62,235 nucleotides of DNA, filler included, from Choristocarpus tenellus KU-1152 (GCA_964200185.2; 10 parts of 10 records of this genome joined end to end with filler, not necessarily neighbours in it), one strand, 5' to 3'; shown: positions 13,647 to 33,559, counted from the whole stretch's first letter. The notes: generated from the sequence alone by a model not told the origin. Made by a program: numbers and translations.

Positions 13647-14726
13647 ATGGCATCGATCTGCAGAAGACTCAAGCCATGGCGCGTTGCTTCTCGGGGCCCA
13701 TCTCCGATGGTGGCAAGGTACCACAACCCCAACCTCATTCGTTTTTGTGCCGCTCAGTGAATGAAGTGTGAGAAGGGATGCTTCATTTTGATAACATATT
13801 CTTGCGATGTCTCTAAGAATTGTTGTAGATAGTGGAGGTAGTTGAGGTGCCCTGCCAATGTTCGGTATCCTTTTGAACAACTGGAAGTCTCTCTCCCAAC
13901 ATACACCTTGTACTACAGGATGATGTCGTCGTACTACGAGGAGGCTCGCAATATCCCAATGGGGGAGTCTCGAAGCATGAATGGTGTGAGTTCCACTGTG
14001 CGCAATGTGAGTGGTGCCATTTGCGGTTTCAAGTGGCGAGGACAATATATCCGATCCACAAAGTTGGAGATGCTTGTTGACGTGGTCTAAATTTGGTTTG
14101 CCCCGCTTCAGTCTTCAATTAACAACATCACATAGGATCAACTACACTTTTCTACTCGAGGCACCAGAAATAGAGTCTGGGTAGCGCTTCTCCCAGAATG
14201 TGTCCCACCGTGTGTTCACGTTCCCTTACGAGGTCTACTTCAATACATGCACATGAAACAGGACTGGACATTGGAGGAGATCAAGGAGGTTTACAACATG
14301 CCAATGCTGGAGCTTCTATACTCTGCATCCACTGTTCACCGCATGTTCTTCAATTCCAGAGAAGTGCAGCAATGCACTCTCCTATCGATCAAGACTGGTG
14401 GTTGTACAGAGGATTGCGGCTACTGCTCTCAGTCAGTGCGCCACAAGACCTTCGTCAAGCCTACACCTCAGATGAAGGTTTCTCCTATTAGACTTATTCT
14501 TTTGTAATAGTTTCCCTGCTTTGAGGTCTGTACTTCCTTCTTGGTCCATGAAATCTTTGCCTGATCTCGTCGCATGTCCTGCAACTTGGTGGGGCAAATA
14601 CAGATCGATGAGGTGGTCGAGGCCGCCAAGAGGGCCAAGGAAGCTGGAAGTACCCGTTTCTGCATGGGAGCAGCCTGGCGTGAGCTTGGTGGCAAGAAAA
14701 AAGCGTTTAACAACATCCTCGATATG
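13647..14726 (+). CDS. BIO2: Biotin synthase (radical SAM), 5' part, truncated by the contig end
   Basis: Exons 13647-13717 (Arg/Ser-rich mitochondrial-presequence-like [16 protein letters not shown]), 13919-13985, 14262-14477, 14604-14726. Motifs [32 protein letters not shown] (CxxxCxxC), [17 protein letters not shown]. Confidence 0.95.
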
Positions 14727-14944
14727 GTGTGAACCTGAACAAGTCTTGCGTCGAACAAGGGTGCACTACTATTGAAAAAGCATACATGCATTATTCCTAT
14801 ACAGGCTAAACATCCAATCAGTGCGCTCTCACACACACACCGCATACACAGTATGCTATCTTCCCCCCTTTTATTACCCCCTCAGTCAACAACCCTTCAG
14901 TTAATGCTGTTGGTTTGTTGATCCACCATTGTGGTGTGGTCTAC

Positions 14945-15044
14945 NNNNNNNNNNNNNNNNNNNNNNNNNNNNNNNNNNNNNNNNNNNNTTAATTAATTAA
15001 NNNNNNNNNNNNNNNNNNNNNNNNNNNNNNNNNNNNNNNNNNNN
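14945..15044. other. Artificial contig linker 1
   Basis: N44-TTAATTAATTAA-N44; stops in all six frames. Confidence 0.98.
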
Positions 15045-15811
15045 AGATACTCCCCCACCCCATGAATAAACCAACCCACGCCCAACCGCCGTGTACGACC
15101 CTTCCCCCCCCCCCCCCCCATTTTTCCTTGGGGCGTGATGCTTAACCTCTCTCAGACTTACACGCATTGGCATCTTCCTCACACGCTCAAAAAAAATATT
15201 GCCCTTTTCAATGGACACAGCTATTACGTGAGGGACCAACCCTCGACTCTATCTCCGCCAGTCTAAATCAAGACCGAGTTGCTAACCCAGAAAATGTCAA
15301 CGATCAACCAAACCTCACCCCCAAGTCGTACCTTGAGAGGATCACCAGGCCTAGTGCAGATGCAACCAAAACAACATGGAAACAATTAGGGCAACTACAA
15401 CCTTTTCACAAATACCATGGCAAGTATGTAGTTAGAGGATGGGCAGGGACCCCTTCTGTGTGCACCTACTCTTACAGTCTCGAATACGACTGCATTCAGA
15501 TTTGACCTAGACTGAAACACTACAACAACAGAATTGGCAGATATATTTTTTAAATGATTGAGCCCCTCCTGCACCTGTGACTTTTGTTGGTAGGGACCTC
15601 TTTAATGCAGTCTCCTATCAGCGATGAACTGCAAAGATCAAATAACCAGAGCCAAAGCTTGCTCTACACAGGGCGATGGTTCCTCACAACAATACCAACA
15701 AGCACTGTGTAGTGCATCATTATGACGCCATGTATCAATTGGAAGAAATCACGAGTGCTTTGCTAATCGGGTTGAAAGAACGATTATCTACGTATATATT
15801 TCTGTCTTCAC

Positions 15812-17325
15812 CTGGCAGGCCCTTTCCTTCCGGAGCTGCTCTGAACAATCATCATCAGGCAGAACATCCTCCACTTCCATTGCTTCATCCCTCGCAGCCC
15901 TCAGATCCTTTGCATGCGCATGCGGGGGGGTGGGGGGTGGGGTTGAAATATTGAACACACACCACACGATACACCTACAGAACCACTAACCCTCGAACAA
16001 GTGTGGCTGTCAAAGCAAATGGCAACTGTGAGCACCATCACTCTACTTGATCTTTTGCCTGTCCTCCATTAGGCCGATAAGAGTCTGGTCAAATTTGTTC
16101 CAACAGGTTAACTATTCCTATACACTGGACTATCTCTACATGCTAACCAGGAACTGCAATAATAGTAGTGGTGGGGGACTAAGAAGTGCTTTGTCTGGTG
16201 AAAGGTGGTTTTTCAAGCTGCCGCCAGCGGCTTTCTGAGCTAGATTGTTCGTGAGAATAACTAAACAAGTTGTACATCAAATCCAGCCACTGGGAAAACC
16301 TCCCCATGCTTCTAACGTGCTCCTAAGTCTACAATGGTTAAGCGTCAGTAGATGTGAGCCATAATTGAGAGGGGAAGAAGAGAAGTGCATGTTGCAACAA
16401 ACCAAACCCATTTTTACCTCTTCAAGCCAAGGTTTAGGGATCTCGTCTGGGCTGCACTCGCACACACTGCAGTCTCGCATGAAGCACTGTCCATCCTCCT
16501 CCCAGAACGGGCACTGCTTTTCCAGGTTCACCTTAAAGTACTTGAAGAAAGACCTTTATTGGGAGGAGGGGTAATATGGAAGAGGGGGGGATATTATTTT
16601 TGACCCGAAAGGGACAAAATAGGTGGGTGGTATCATCGATTATCTTCAACAGGATGGATTGGCGCGCTCCCGCCTGGTGGCAAGTCATCTCATCCACATC
16701 CTCGGATATGTCTTCAGAAAGTACACAAGCTTGGTGCACTTTACTCAAGTGAAATTGGATCCTTTATAACCTCAAAAGGCTAGAGGGTGGTGCACTCACC
16801 GTTTTTGTAACTCCTTGAGGAGGGGCAGGAAAAAGCCTTGTGTTGCGTCATCCACAGTGTCGAAGTCGATGCAGCAATCGTCCACCGTTCCGGCTAGTGG
16901 AGAAGTCTGAGAAGATAATATGGGTAGACATTTTCGTTCCAGAGGTCAAAACTATCATAGTCTTGGTTGGCACCAAGTCCCATGGCAGTCACATAAATCG
17001 AACCTTCGAGCATCATACCAACGCCTGAGAAAACCCAGTAGACAACTATAATATCATTACGCACTATTGAGTCCATGGATTTACGCAAAGTTGAACAGTT
17101 CGAGCATATTGTTTGAACCTTAAGGGGAGGTTGTAATGCAAAAAAAATAGTACATCGTGCTGTGCAGTAGTACTTAAACACGAGTAATACCTTGCACAGT
17201 TGACACTCTAGTATCGACTGAGCATCCTTCAGTAGCTTGGAAGCAGTGCTCGAAAGAGATTCGGCACCCCAGTAGGGCACCAGCGCCATAGACCACAAAG
17301 CGAACACCACGCGTCGATCCATCAT
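15812..17325 (-). CDS. ERO1: ER oxidoreductin 1, 5' part, truncated by the contig end
   Basis: Exons 17325-17191 (signal-peptide-like MMDRRVVFALWSMALVP), 16906-16800 (GTVDDCCIDFDTVD..FFLPLLKELQKR), 16553-16418 (FFKYFKVNLEKQCPFWEEDGQCFMRDCSVCEC..DEIP.PW), 15907-15812. Confidence 0.92.
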
Positions 17326-20275
17326 CGTGACGGGGGGGGAATTGGCAAGGAATTCAACTCCCCCAAATCCCACGAATTTCCCGCCTACAAGACGTGACAA
17401 AAAGATTTTCCCTTAAAGTACGCTACAAACTAGTATTCAGCAATACAGTCTCGATTTAGAGTGTGAGAATGGTGAGATGAGAGCACCCGTGAACGTGAAG
17501 AGTGATTTACCCCACAAAAGGACAGCTAAAAAAACTTTCAACAGGGGCTCCTTTAGCTCGACGACACGAGATAATTCCACAAATATTGACCTAGCTTACA
17601 ACGGACAAAGTACTTTGGTTTAGAGAACAGTGACTGTGAGATGCCATATCCTGTCGACCTGTTCTCAAAGAAGTTGTCATGAGGTAACAACAGAGGTGAA
17701 AAAAACGAGGAAGACAGTCATTGGACACCCCTAACCCTAACAAGAGATCAAAGACAAGCCCTAATCCTAAGGTTACAAAGTGTGGGAGGAAACAGAGAAG
17801 GCACAACAAAGACACACTCTAGTATCACGGACGCCTTCTCCTTCTCTCCAAGCCTGGACATGTCTCAAGCAACGACATTTTGGCGCCTAGCAGGCATGAC
17901 CTACTTAGAGGTGAGGTTTGGAAAAATCAGAATTCACTTGTGATTGTTTGAGCGGGGTGTTCATGGAGAGTTGACTGCCACAGTCTTTGCCAAAGTTCAT
18001 TTTCGCACTTTGCCGATGGTTATTTTCCATCCGGCGGTCATTAGACTGATGATATAGTGTGAATTTCATACGTGGGAAGCGTTTCAAAGATGGAGTAGGG
18101 GCTGGTTGGGTAAATTGATGTGATGGAAGCTGGTTTGGTGTTGGCCTGACTGATTCAGGTGTTATATTAAAAGTCTCGTCGGTCCTCCAGGGCTTGTTGG
18201 TTTGATTCTGCCACATCTTTGTGCTCGCGCACTGCGACATGGAATGTTGATTCTGGAAGAGGGGGTGCGCCACAATAGTTGTTTGACTTAGTGTGGATCC
18301 CATTCTGATGTATTGGTCCTTATGTCAGAGGGGGTATTGGCAAGGTCTGCTCTGCCTTTTTTGTGGCACATATCCCAGTTTGTCTTGTCACCCCGTGGAA
18401 GAATTCTTGGTCAAGGGGCCTAATGCACCTCTCTAAGCACCCTTCTCCTCCGCCAAGGTCTCGTGTATTCCCCCCTAGTGTCGTGGAGGCGCGAAGCGTA
18501 ATGTCCTCGCAAGCACGTGTCTTCTAAGATGGTGATGAGTGATGACGTGGGTTGCATTTTGAAGAATTTTTCTGCATGCAAGACCTGTAGCAAGTGTATT
18601 GAGCTAACTAAAAGTAAAAGAACAGGGAGATTCTTCTTCTCCTTGGCATTCATCCTGGGGAACAAAGTACCTCGTGACGTCTGATATACTTTTCCAACGA
18701 CAATTGGAAGCAGAAATACCAAAGAATTAAGGGACTCACTTCGTGCGCAATGTTTCGTCAAATAATCATCTGGCAAGTGAAGCAGTTCATGTGCACCTCC
18801 TCCTGCACGACACGCTCGCTTGCCCTCCCCTCCCTTGGAAATTTTACTTCTAAACACACCTTCTTGCGCACGCGTAAATTGAACAAATATACTCCGCTGA
18901 GAGTCGTTTCCTACCATCACCACTCCCTGCATCTTGAACTTGCGAATCCGTTCAGTTCGCCAACAAGGCGACCTCCGTTGTCAGGGCTGGCCTCAAGGAG
19001 CCGGCTCGCTCGAAGGCTCTGGCGCGGGAAGCTGTGACTTACAACCGCAACACCTTCACTGAAGGAGTTGCCTCCGGGAAATGTTAGTCACCTTTAAACT
19101 CTTTTGCATTAAGTACATTCAGTATCTGTGTGCCTTTGTAATGTTGCTTGTGTAATTCTTTTGAATTTGTGACTGTATTCTAGTACTCTGTGCAACTTCT
19201 GAGCATAAAAGGTATATGTAAAGTATCTGTTGCTGGTTTGAGGTAGGCTTCCCCTACTTCTTCACGCCAAAGCAAGTATTCATGAGTGTTCTGAAAAAGT
19301 CTGCTAGTACATAAAAAACACTTCAAGAACTTTTTTGGAGGCTTTATGTCGTGTTTTAAAAGGTAAATAGTGCAGGAATGAGACTTAAGAGTTTTGTTTC
19401 ATGGGGTTACACTTCTAGGATACTTTCGGAGAGACTGTGTTGCTAGGTAGCCAATGCATGTAGAGCTGCAGACACACACCTCTTTTTTTCAGGTCATTGT
19501 ATAAAACATTTCTTGTCTTGTGTTCTTGACTTGTATGCATCAATTTGTATGGATTTATATGGATCAGGATGAAATCACGAGAAGAGTCGCATACAAGGTT
19601 GGGGGATAGGCGTTAGTTACATTTCTGAGTTTCTTGCATGCTATTGCTGGGGGTCATTTTGCTTTCTTGTAGAGGTCAGGAGTGTCCAAGTTGAACACAC
19701 TTAAAAGCAAAGGACGTTTATCTCGCATGTTCTGGATGATGCTTATGCCAAAGGATCTTTTTGTGTATCACATGTTTATCTGTCATGATTCTTGTCACTT
19801 CGTTGTAGGGGGTCAACTCATGTGAACGATGTTGATTTGAGAGCTTTTTTGCTTTGTTTTGTTCTTCAGTATTTTTTTTATTTTCTTGTGGTGTAAGCAA
19901 TATCACCCTGTGTGGTCTGTCAACGAGCCCTCAATGTAGGTTTAATAGGTTAATTTATCTTCGACAGTGTCTTTCAGGCTCAAAATACTCCCAGAAAAAT
20001 GCAAGTAGAACCATGCTATTGGTGAGTTTTTTGTAGTATTTGTATGGTAAGAGTTTGCAACGCCTTCAATTATTTTTGTAGTATGTTGGAGTCACCAATC
20101 TTGTAATATGGTGGAATGATCAAGGTTACACCGATGCAGAACTTTGTGTACCTCTTAATAGTTTTTTATCAGTTTCAACTCCTTCCCCAAAACCTGTAGC
20201 ACAAGGGGGAAGAAAGGTTTGCCGGTTCGTGGACAACGTACTCATACTAATTCAAAACCTCGCAAAATTCTTAAA

Positions 20276-20375
20276 NNNNNNNNNNNNNNNNNNNNNNNNN
20301 NNNNNNNNNNNNNNNNNNNTTAATTAATTAANNNNNNNNNNNNNNNNNNNNNNNNNNNNNNNNNNNNNNNNNNNN
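20276..20375. other. Artificial contig linker 2
   Basis: N44-TTAATTAATTAA-N44. Confidence 0.98.
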
Positions 20376-20480
20376 GGTGTCCGCCTCTTGGTTGTTGTAC
20401 CCCCCCCCCCCCCCCCCCCCCCCCCCCCTTTTTTTTTTTTTTTTTTTGGGGGGTTTTTGTTTGGTTGTTTTTTTTTTTTA

Positions 20481-20524
<44 letters not shown>

Positions 20525-20849
20525 TGGAGAGAGTTTTTGTTTTTGAGATAATATTTTTTTTGTGGGGGGGTCCCCCTTTTGTTTTTTGTCCCCCCCCCCC
20601 CCCCCCCCCCGGCCTTTGATGATTATGATGATATGATGGGTAGTTACTGTGTGATGCATTCATGTACATAAAGATTTTACGTTTTGTTCTTAGTAATCGT
20701 GTGACTGTTTGTGCTTGCACTAACTACTTCATTTACTTTGTGTGTTCAACTGACTTTCTGAATGCTGGGGGGGGGGGGGGCTCGTGTGTGAAAATGATGT
20801 CCACTAAATCATTTGCGATCATTATATATATTATATATATGTATTACAG

Positions 20850-27651
<6,802 letters not shown>

Positions 27652-27694
27652 GTGGGTGTGTGAAATTTGGTAGGGGGGGGGGGGGGGGGGGGGG

Positions 27695-27794
27695 NNNNNN
27701 NNNNNNNNNNNNNNNNNNNNNNNNNNNNNNNNNNNNNNTTAATTAATTAANNNNNNNNNNNNNNNNNNNNNNNNNNNNNNNNNNNNNNNNNNNN
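27695..27794. other. Artificial contig linker 3
   Basis: N44-TTAATTAATTAA-N44. Confidence 0.98.
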
Positions 27795-27907
27795 GTGAAG
27801 TAACTGATTAGTGGTTTCCACGCAATGTTTTATAGTAGTCTTATGTTTAGGACATTTAATATAGACACATCTGCAAAATGTCAGAGGGCATAATAATATA
27901 ATAATAA
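27795..27907 (+). mobile_element. 3' end of an RLE-type non-LTR retroelement with TAA-rich tail
   Basis: GACACATCTGCAAAATGTCAGAGGGCA-TAATAATATAATAAT; same terminal motif as at 28838-28870, 50421-50470, 51109-51150 and 58400-58436. Confidence 0.75.
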
Positions 27908-28059
27908 ACAATGGTTTGGGTGTGTTATCAACACCACGTTCCTGGCTGCTACTATTTTATTATTATGCCCTCTGCTACTATTCTACTAATCGGACGGATT
28001 ACAGTTACCCTTCTTAACCCACTACCTTAACGAGTTCGAACTAGTTGTTGATTTCACTA

Positions 28060-28875
28060 ACGTAGAGATATGAGATTCTGCGGATATTGCATGCTCGTAC
28101 CTGCCATAGGGAAAGGGGACAGGTCCGCCAACACACACCGATCGTGAAGCGTCTAGGTCAACTCTGCAAAGGAATGGACTATGGAGGACGGTAGCCCAAC
28201 CACAATGGACCGAAATTTCCGTGTGGATGTGTTCTTGCATGCTGGGGCACTTGCGGACGCCGGATCAGCTCCCCATCAAGACAGAGGTCTCCTCTTAGAT
28301 GTTACGTTTGGAGAAGTGCAAGCAGTCTCCCATCTACCCCATTCATCCACCAGCAATGATGTAGCTGTGCTGCAGATGAGGCGTGAAGCGCACCCACTAC
28401 GAGGGTTCTTTTGACCTAACACCTTCACAGTGGAAAGTTTTGAGCCACTCGGTAAGCAAGCAGAAAGATTCTGGATGAACTGGCTACGCATGCGATAGGG
28501 GGGAGAGGGGCGAGAGGTTACAGCAGGAAAGGATTTGTCAAACCCCGTTTACGACAGATAGTGTCTGTCGCAACACAAGTGCCTCTATCAAGACGTGTCA
28601 TGCGTCTTAAGCTGGAGACACCAGGGAAAGGGGCAACGAGGGGCCAGTCAGATTATCGGGATGCTTCCCTAGCTCCTCGCTCTGTGGGAAGGCTAAGCTA
28701 GATTGGAGGCATAGTAGGAGTGGTGTAGCATAGCTGGTAGTCAAATGGTAAATTGATAATAGAGAGATATCTTTCACATTTGCGACAAATGTAATTTTTA
28801 CGGGGTTTCTTATGATATTGAATTGCCTTTTCCCCTTGACATATCTCCAAAATGTCAGAGGGCATATTAATATAT
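28060..28875 (+). mobile_element. 5'-truncated degenerate non-LTR retrotransposon: zinc-knuckle remnant, restriction-like endonuclease, 3' UTR and tail
   Basis: HARTCHR..QVRQH, RVDVFLHAG, LLLDVT, F.VESF..LGKQA, DELATH, then the conserved 3' motif. Homologous to 50421-51108 (-). Confidence 0.75.
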
Positions 28876-29712
28876 ACTATGTATACCAACGTATTTTTCC
28901 TACAGGGTTACAAAATACATGGGTGGGTACTCCAACACGACCATGAGCAGAAAGCTTCCTGTGATCCGAGTAGGCACCATGTATGCATTCCTGTTTGGTG
29001 GGTTCCACACATACACTCATCACACCGTAAATGCACAACACTCGGTAGGTAAAACTAGCGAGGGTGAAACTCTGTTACCTCGCAGTAGTAATTTGCCTTA
29101 GGAGGAAGGGAGTGATCCCCTGGACAGGCACACACAGTCCACCCCCCACAAGCCAGTGGGTACTGGGCTTATATGTGTTTGAAAAAAATGAATAGGCTCC
29201 GCAGCTGAAGGTATTGATGGGTCGGCAGCAGGGGGGGTAAGGATCATTGCAAGTTTTAAGGTCCGAATAGGTGTAATACTCGTTCTAATCCAACATGCTT
29301 GCATGTCTCCTAGGTTGTATGAAATATTTGACCCAATGTCGAAGATGGGGGGGTGAACTGGTCGTCATCCACTCATTCGTTTCCATCCATCGTTGTTTTT
29401 CTGTTCTCTTTTTGTATTGGCTTTCTGACAACGAGTACAAGCTTGTATATTACCCTTTCCTCTGTCCAGCCAGGGAAATTTGCAGCTTGCGTCAAACTTG
29501 TATGTGGATAGCAATCAAATCAAAAGGAAAAATCAATCAAAGAGTCACACCCCTGGTAGAGTAGATAGCCTCTTGAAGTCAGAATCAAAGCCTGCATTAC
29601 TATCCTGGATCATGAAACTGAATACGGCTGTGTAGTTCAAATTTTTCAACCAACCTCTTCATGGAGCACACAAACAGACTTGCCACATTGAATTCCATCA
29701 ATATTTCAGTGA

Positions 29713-29818
29713 GTATTACAGAACGCTCCATAGCTTTACCTCTACAGATGCACAGCTCCAGTCCACAAGCATATAGATGGCGCTGATGGCGCTGATACAC
29801 GTACAGGACTCCTGATGC
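29713..29818 (-). repeat. Dispersed repeat R5, copy 2
   Basis: Reverse complement aligns with 1-100. Confidence 0.65.
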
Positions 29819-31251
29819 ACAAGTCGTCAAGTATGCTGGATTTCTCACTTGGATTATTTCCTTCATTAATATCAATATCATCATATAAAAAGGAACATAT
29901 ACCCCTTTTTTGGTTTACAAGACTTCAAGCCTGTACACGGAGCACTTTATCAGAATCAGCGATTAATCCAATTCAAGGTTTTGATAGGTCCCAAATACGC
30001 AAGAGAATTTCCCCTGAAATACGGAGTATCCTCCCCCCATCCATATCCTCCTCCAGCTCATCCCTTTCCTGGGAACCAGCAACGGTTGAGCCGTAGACCC
30101 GGCATGAATGGAAAGGTTTCTTTTTCAACCCTACGAAATTCAAGATCAACCCAAACAGGTATCGAAGCTGGGTACATGACAAATCAGGAACACTATATGC
30201 CACTCAGGACACGACTAGGCCTTTGATAACATGCCTGCTTAGAAAGAGAGGTAATATTATTTATACTATCGAGCCGAAGAGACGGTGTTTTACCCAGGTT
30301 TTGAACGTTTTGTATTTAAGCCACTTTTTTCATCTTTTGCAATTCACTTTTGTTTTATTATTTCTACGGATGAAGTACTAAGATTGACTTGAGATCGTTG
30401 ATTTCTCTGTTGTTTGAAAATTTCGACGGAATTCAGAAAATTGTACTTGTTTCCATCTGTTTCACAGTACAGACATTTGTACGAAAAGTCGAAATTTGCA
30501 CATATTCGTTCGCATCCCTAAAATGCAACCCTGGGTACCTCTCGTATACTTTGACTCATCATAGAGCAACAAGGGAACCAAGTACTGACTGTGTGTAATT
30601 TTTTTGTAGCATTAATAGTAGTAACCGAGATTTGTACACAATTGTTATTTCCTGTTAGATCACAACATAAAAAAAATACACCATTGTTGATTCCTTATAA
30701 AATCACAGTGTAACATTTGCGTATCAAAATATAGCAGGGACAGATCAGCAACACACGATTGTCTTCCCTCAACGAATAGGAACAAATCATTTATACAGGT
30801 TGATAAGTATGGTAAGTGGTATCTACAACCACGTGTATATTCTAACCAAGGATGTATCGATATATCGGGATTTATACGTCATTCCTCGGCATTGAGTTGT
30901 GCCCAGTACATGATTTGTGGTACAAGATTCCTGGGTAGAAATGAGTGAGCACAGCCTTCGGTGGTGGGGGGTTCCCTCTCTTATTATCTTATTGCACACG
31001 TCAGTAGACACATCAAAAATGTGTCCTGCCGTTGGTAGTACTATGTCATTTATCCTGTGTAACTAGTACTACGTCAGTAATCCTCCGTCAATCCACTTAT
31101 ATCAAGTAATAAGAAATCAATCATCCGAGATTCGAACCAATTACTCTAAGCACATAAAAAAACAAGCAAATGACTCTCATTCCACCTAGTAAACATTTCT
31201 GTTGTCTAGTAGTGGTTACTAAACAGATATAATCCATATAGACTACCTAGA

Positions 31252-31319
31252 ACAGTGGTTTTTAAAAATTGAGGATGGAGCGTACTATTGAGGATGGTTT
31301 TGACCGAAAATGGTGCGGA
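31252..31319. mobile_element. Left arm of an R3-family foldback MITE at the contig end
   Basis: ACAG..AAAAATTGAGGATGGAGC..GAGGATGG..TTGACC; its reverse complement matches 48699-48763. Confidence 0.7.
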
Positions 31320-31419
31320 NNNNNNNNNNNNNNNNNNNNNNNNNNNNNNNNNNNNNNNNNNNNTTAATTAATTAANNNNNNNNNNNNNNNNNNNNNNNNN
31401 NNNNNNNNNNNNNNNNNNN
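31320..31419. other. Artificial contig linker 4
   Basis: N44-TTAATTAATTAA-N44. Confidence 0.98.
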
Positions 31420-31459
31420 CCCAACATATATATATATACATGTATGCGTATCTACCTTC

Positions 31460-31629
31460 GGCTCAAAGTATCTGGGGGGGGGGTGGCGGCTGTCCATTTG
31501 GGGTCAATTTTTTCATGTCACGATTGTTGTGTGATTTGGTTGGATACATATGATGGATAATATAAGTGCACATTTCCTGGTTATGGCCCAAATGGACACC
31601 CTGGTGTAGACCCCCTCCCACTTTGGATC
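31460..31629. mobile_element. MITE R2 copy b
   Basis: Starts GGCTCAAAGTATCTGGGG; internal match to copies a and c; right TIR eroded; CTTC lies on both sides within one base. Confidence 0.8.
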
Positions 31630-32949
31630 TTCCCTTTTTATTTTATTTTATTTTTGCGTCCCGTTGGAATCCTGTCTAGGTCTGATGGGAAAGTAATCAA
31701 GCACAAAATACAAGACAAATATGACATCCCACCTGCAGGAATTGAGCTGCATGCCCAACATAGGGGTGCTCTCCTAGGTCGAATGATATCACTTTTGTGT
31801 CTGGCCTAGAATTGAGCAGCCAATTGAGGGCACTGTGCCCTGCATTGAACCCAACCTGGGGGCAATGTGTTCATACATGGAACACAAAAAAAAAATGGGA
31901 GAGTTGCTTTGAGTTGGAGGACGTTTCCTGCTGCTTCGTGTACATATGGATCAGCTGCAGGTGAGGTATCAGTATGCTTAGTCGTATGGTTTATTCACTT
32001 CTTTGTTTGTAGAGATTTTTCTTACGTTATTGCTGATCCTACTTTTTGTTGATGGCATCTTCCTACTAGCAGTACTTGAATGGCCAATCGTTGATGGATA
32101 TTTTCGATATACCATGCATTTGCAGTTGTACAGAATATAGATAGGTTGTGAGAGTGTGTGGTGGTATTTGACTTTTGAGTTGTTGATTGCTTGGAGTAGT
32201 TGTATGCCAAGGTGAGAAGAATGAGACAGGGGTATGACGACTTTTGATTGTAAAACTGCTTCTCCTAGAGTCTTCTCCTAGAGTAATTTCCCTTTCTCCC
32301 TAGCACCCCGTCCATGAAAATCCTATCTCTTCAAAGCCAATAGACTGGAAGCAATGAGACCAAGAGTCTCAGATCGAAGAGGACAAGCAACAAAGCATGA
32401 GCACCCTAGGGGGAGTCCACTCCTTACATTTACAATGCATCTCCTGAAAACATCCCACCCTGATGTCGTGATCTTTAGAGAAAAAACATTTAGTATATCC
32501 CTGTCCCTTCATTTATGATACATTGGGGGGAAGGGGGGGGGGGGGCTTGTTTATGCAGTTGCAATCCCCACGAAGCCATCACTGGCTCATCGCCAGATTA
32601 ATTGTTGTTGATCTTGTTTGATTTTGATAATCTCATTTCCTTGGAGAGGACCAACTAGGCTCAGGACTTAAGGTGGTTCCACCCATAGCACACACACACA
32701 CAGCATTCATTTACAGTGGGTAACTGAAGAGCACCTTCATTGCCTTCTGGAGTTGAAAAATGTTCTTGTCAATCTCCAACCCTCAATGCCTCTCAATTTC
32801 TGAGCCCAAACTCCTTCATCCCACCTACCTCACACACAGTCGTGACACGGTCCGCGCCTTCCCTGGACAGTGCCCCCAGTGCTCGCACCTTGTGCAGCAT
32901 CAGTGGTTACAAATGCAGGATGCCAGGTTCAATTTCAACATTGAGGGTA

Positions 32950-33128
32950 GGCTCAAAGTATCTGGAGGGGGTGGCAGCTATCCATATGGGGTCAATTTTT
33001 TCATGTCATGATTGTTGTGTGATTTGGTTGCATAGGTCGGATGGGTAATGTAAGTGCACTTTTCCTGGCTATGACCCGAATGGACACCCTGGTGTAGACC
33101 CCCCCTCCCCTCCCAGATACTTTGGGTC
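32950..33128. mobile_element. MITE R2 copy c, 4-bp TSD GGTA
   Basis: GGTA|GGCTCAAAGTATCTGG ... CCAGATACTTTGGGTC|GGTA. Confidence 0.85.
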
Positions 33129-33255
33129 GGTATTGAGGAAGGTATGGTTAACCGAGAAGACAGGTGGCACGATTGTACCGAACTTATGAACAGAGGTACT
33201 AACATCTCCTGGCTTCCAGTTGGCTGGTCCCCATACCTGTGCTTGTTGAATCATA

Positions 33256-33509
33256 GAGTGAAAGTGTGTTAGGGGGTATGAGTTCTTCCCTGTTTGTCCG
33301 TTTGGGCTTGGCTTCCCATGAGTTTTTTTATGGCATTTAACCTACTCCAAAATGTTCCGGAGTAGGCTAAACGTATACATTATGAAAAGGTGTGTCGGGA
33401 ACGAGGATATTGACACTTCCTAACAAACACGATAGCCAAAATCAAAATCGCAACATTGGATTTTTGCCCCCAAACTGATGCGGCTCTACCCCCTAAGGTT
33501 CTTTGACTC
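33256..33509. mobile_element. MITE family R1 (~255 bp), copy a
   Basis: GAGTGAAAG...CTTTGACTC termini and an internal CCTACTCC..GGAGTAGG hairpin; homologous to 42278-42537 (inverted) and 55388-55647. Confidence 0.85.
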
Positions 33510-33559
33510 ATACTTATGCAAACATCTCCACTAGCATAGCAAAGATGTGGCAAGGGTGT

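Noticed and set aside
14989-15000. Recurrent TTAATTAATTAA palindrome as a biological repeat or recombination site
   Set aside because: It is always centred in exactly 44+44 Ns, so it is a synthetic linker.
17729-17770. CCCTAA/TTAGGG telomere-like motifs (also near 7487 and 21207)
   Set aside because: Only about two units each; compatible with chance.
17905-18932. Minus-strand ORFs of 132 and 170 aa upstream of ERO1
   Set aside because: No recognisable motif and no consistent exon chain could be built.
20376-20720. Poly-Lys, poly-Phe and poly-Pro ORFs
   Set aside because: Translations of C/T homopolymer tracts at a low-quality contig end.
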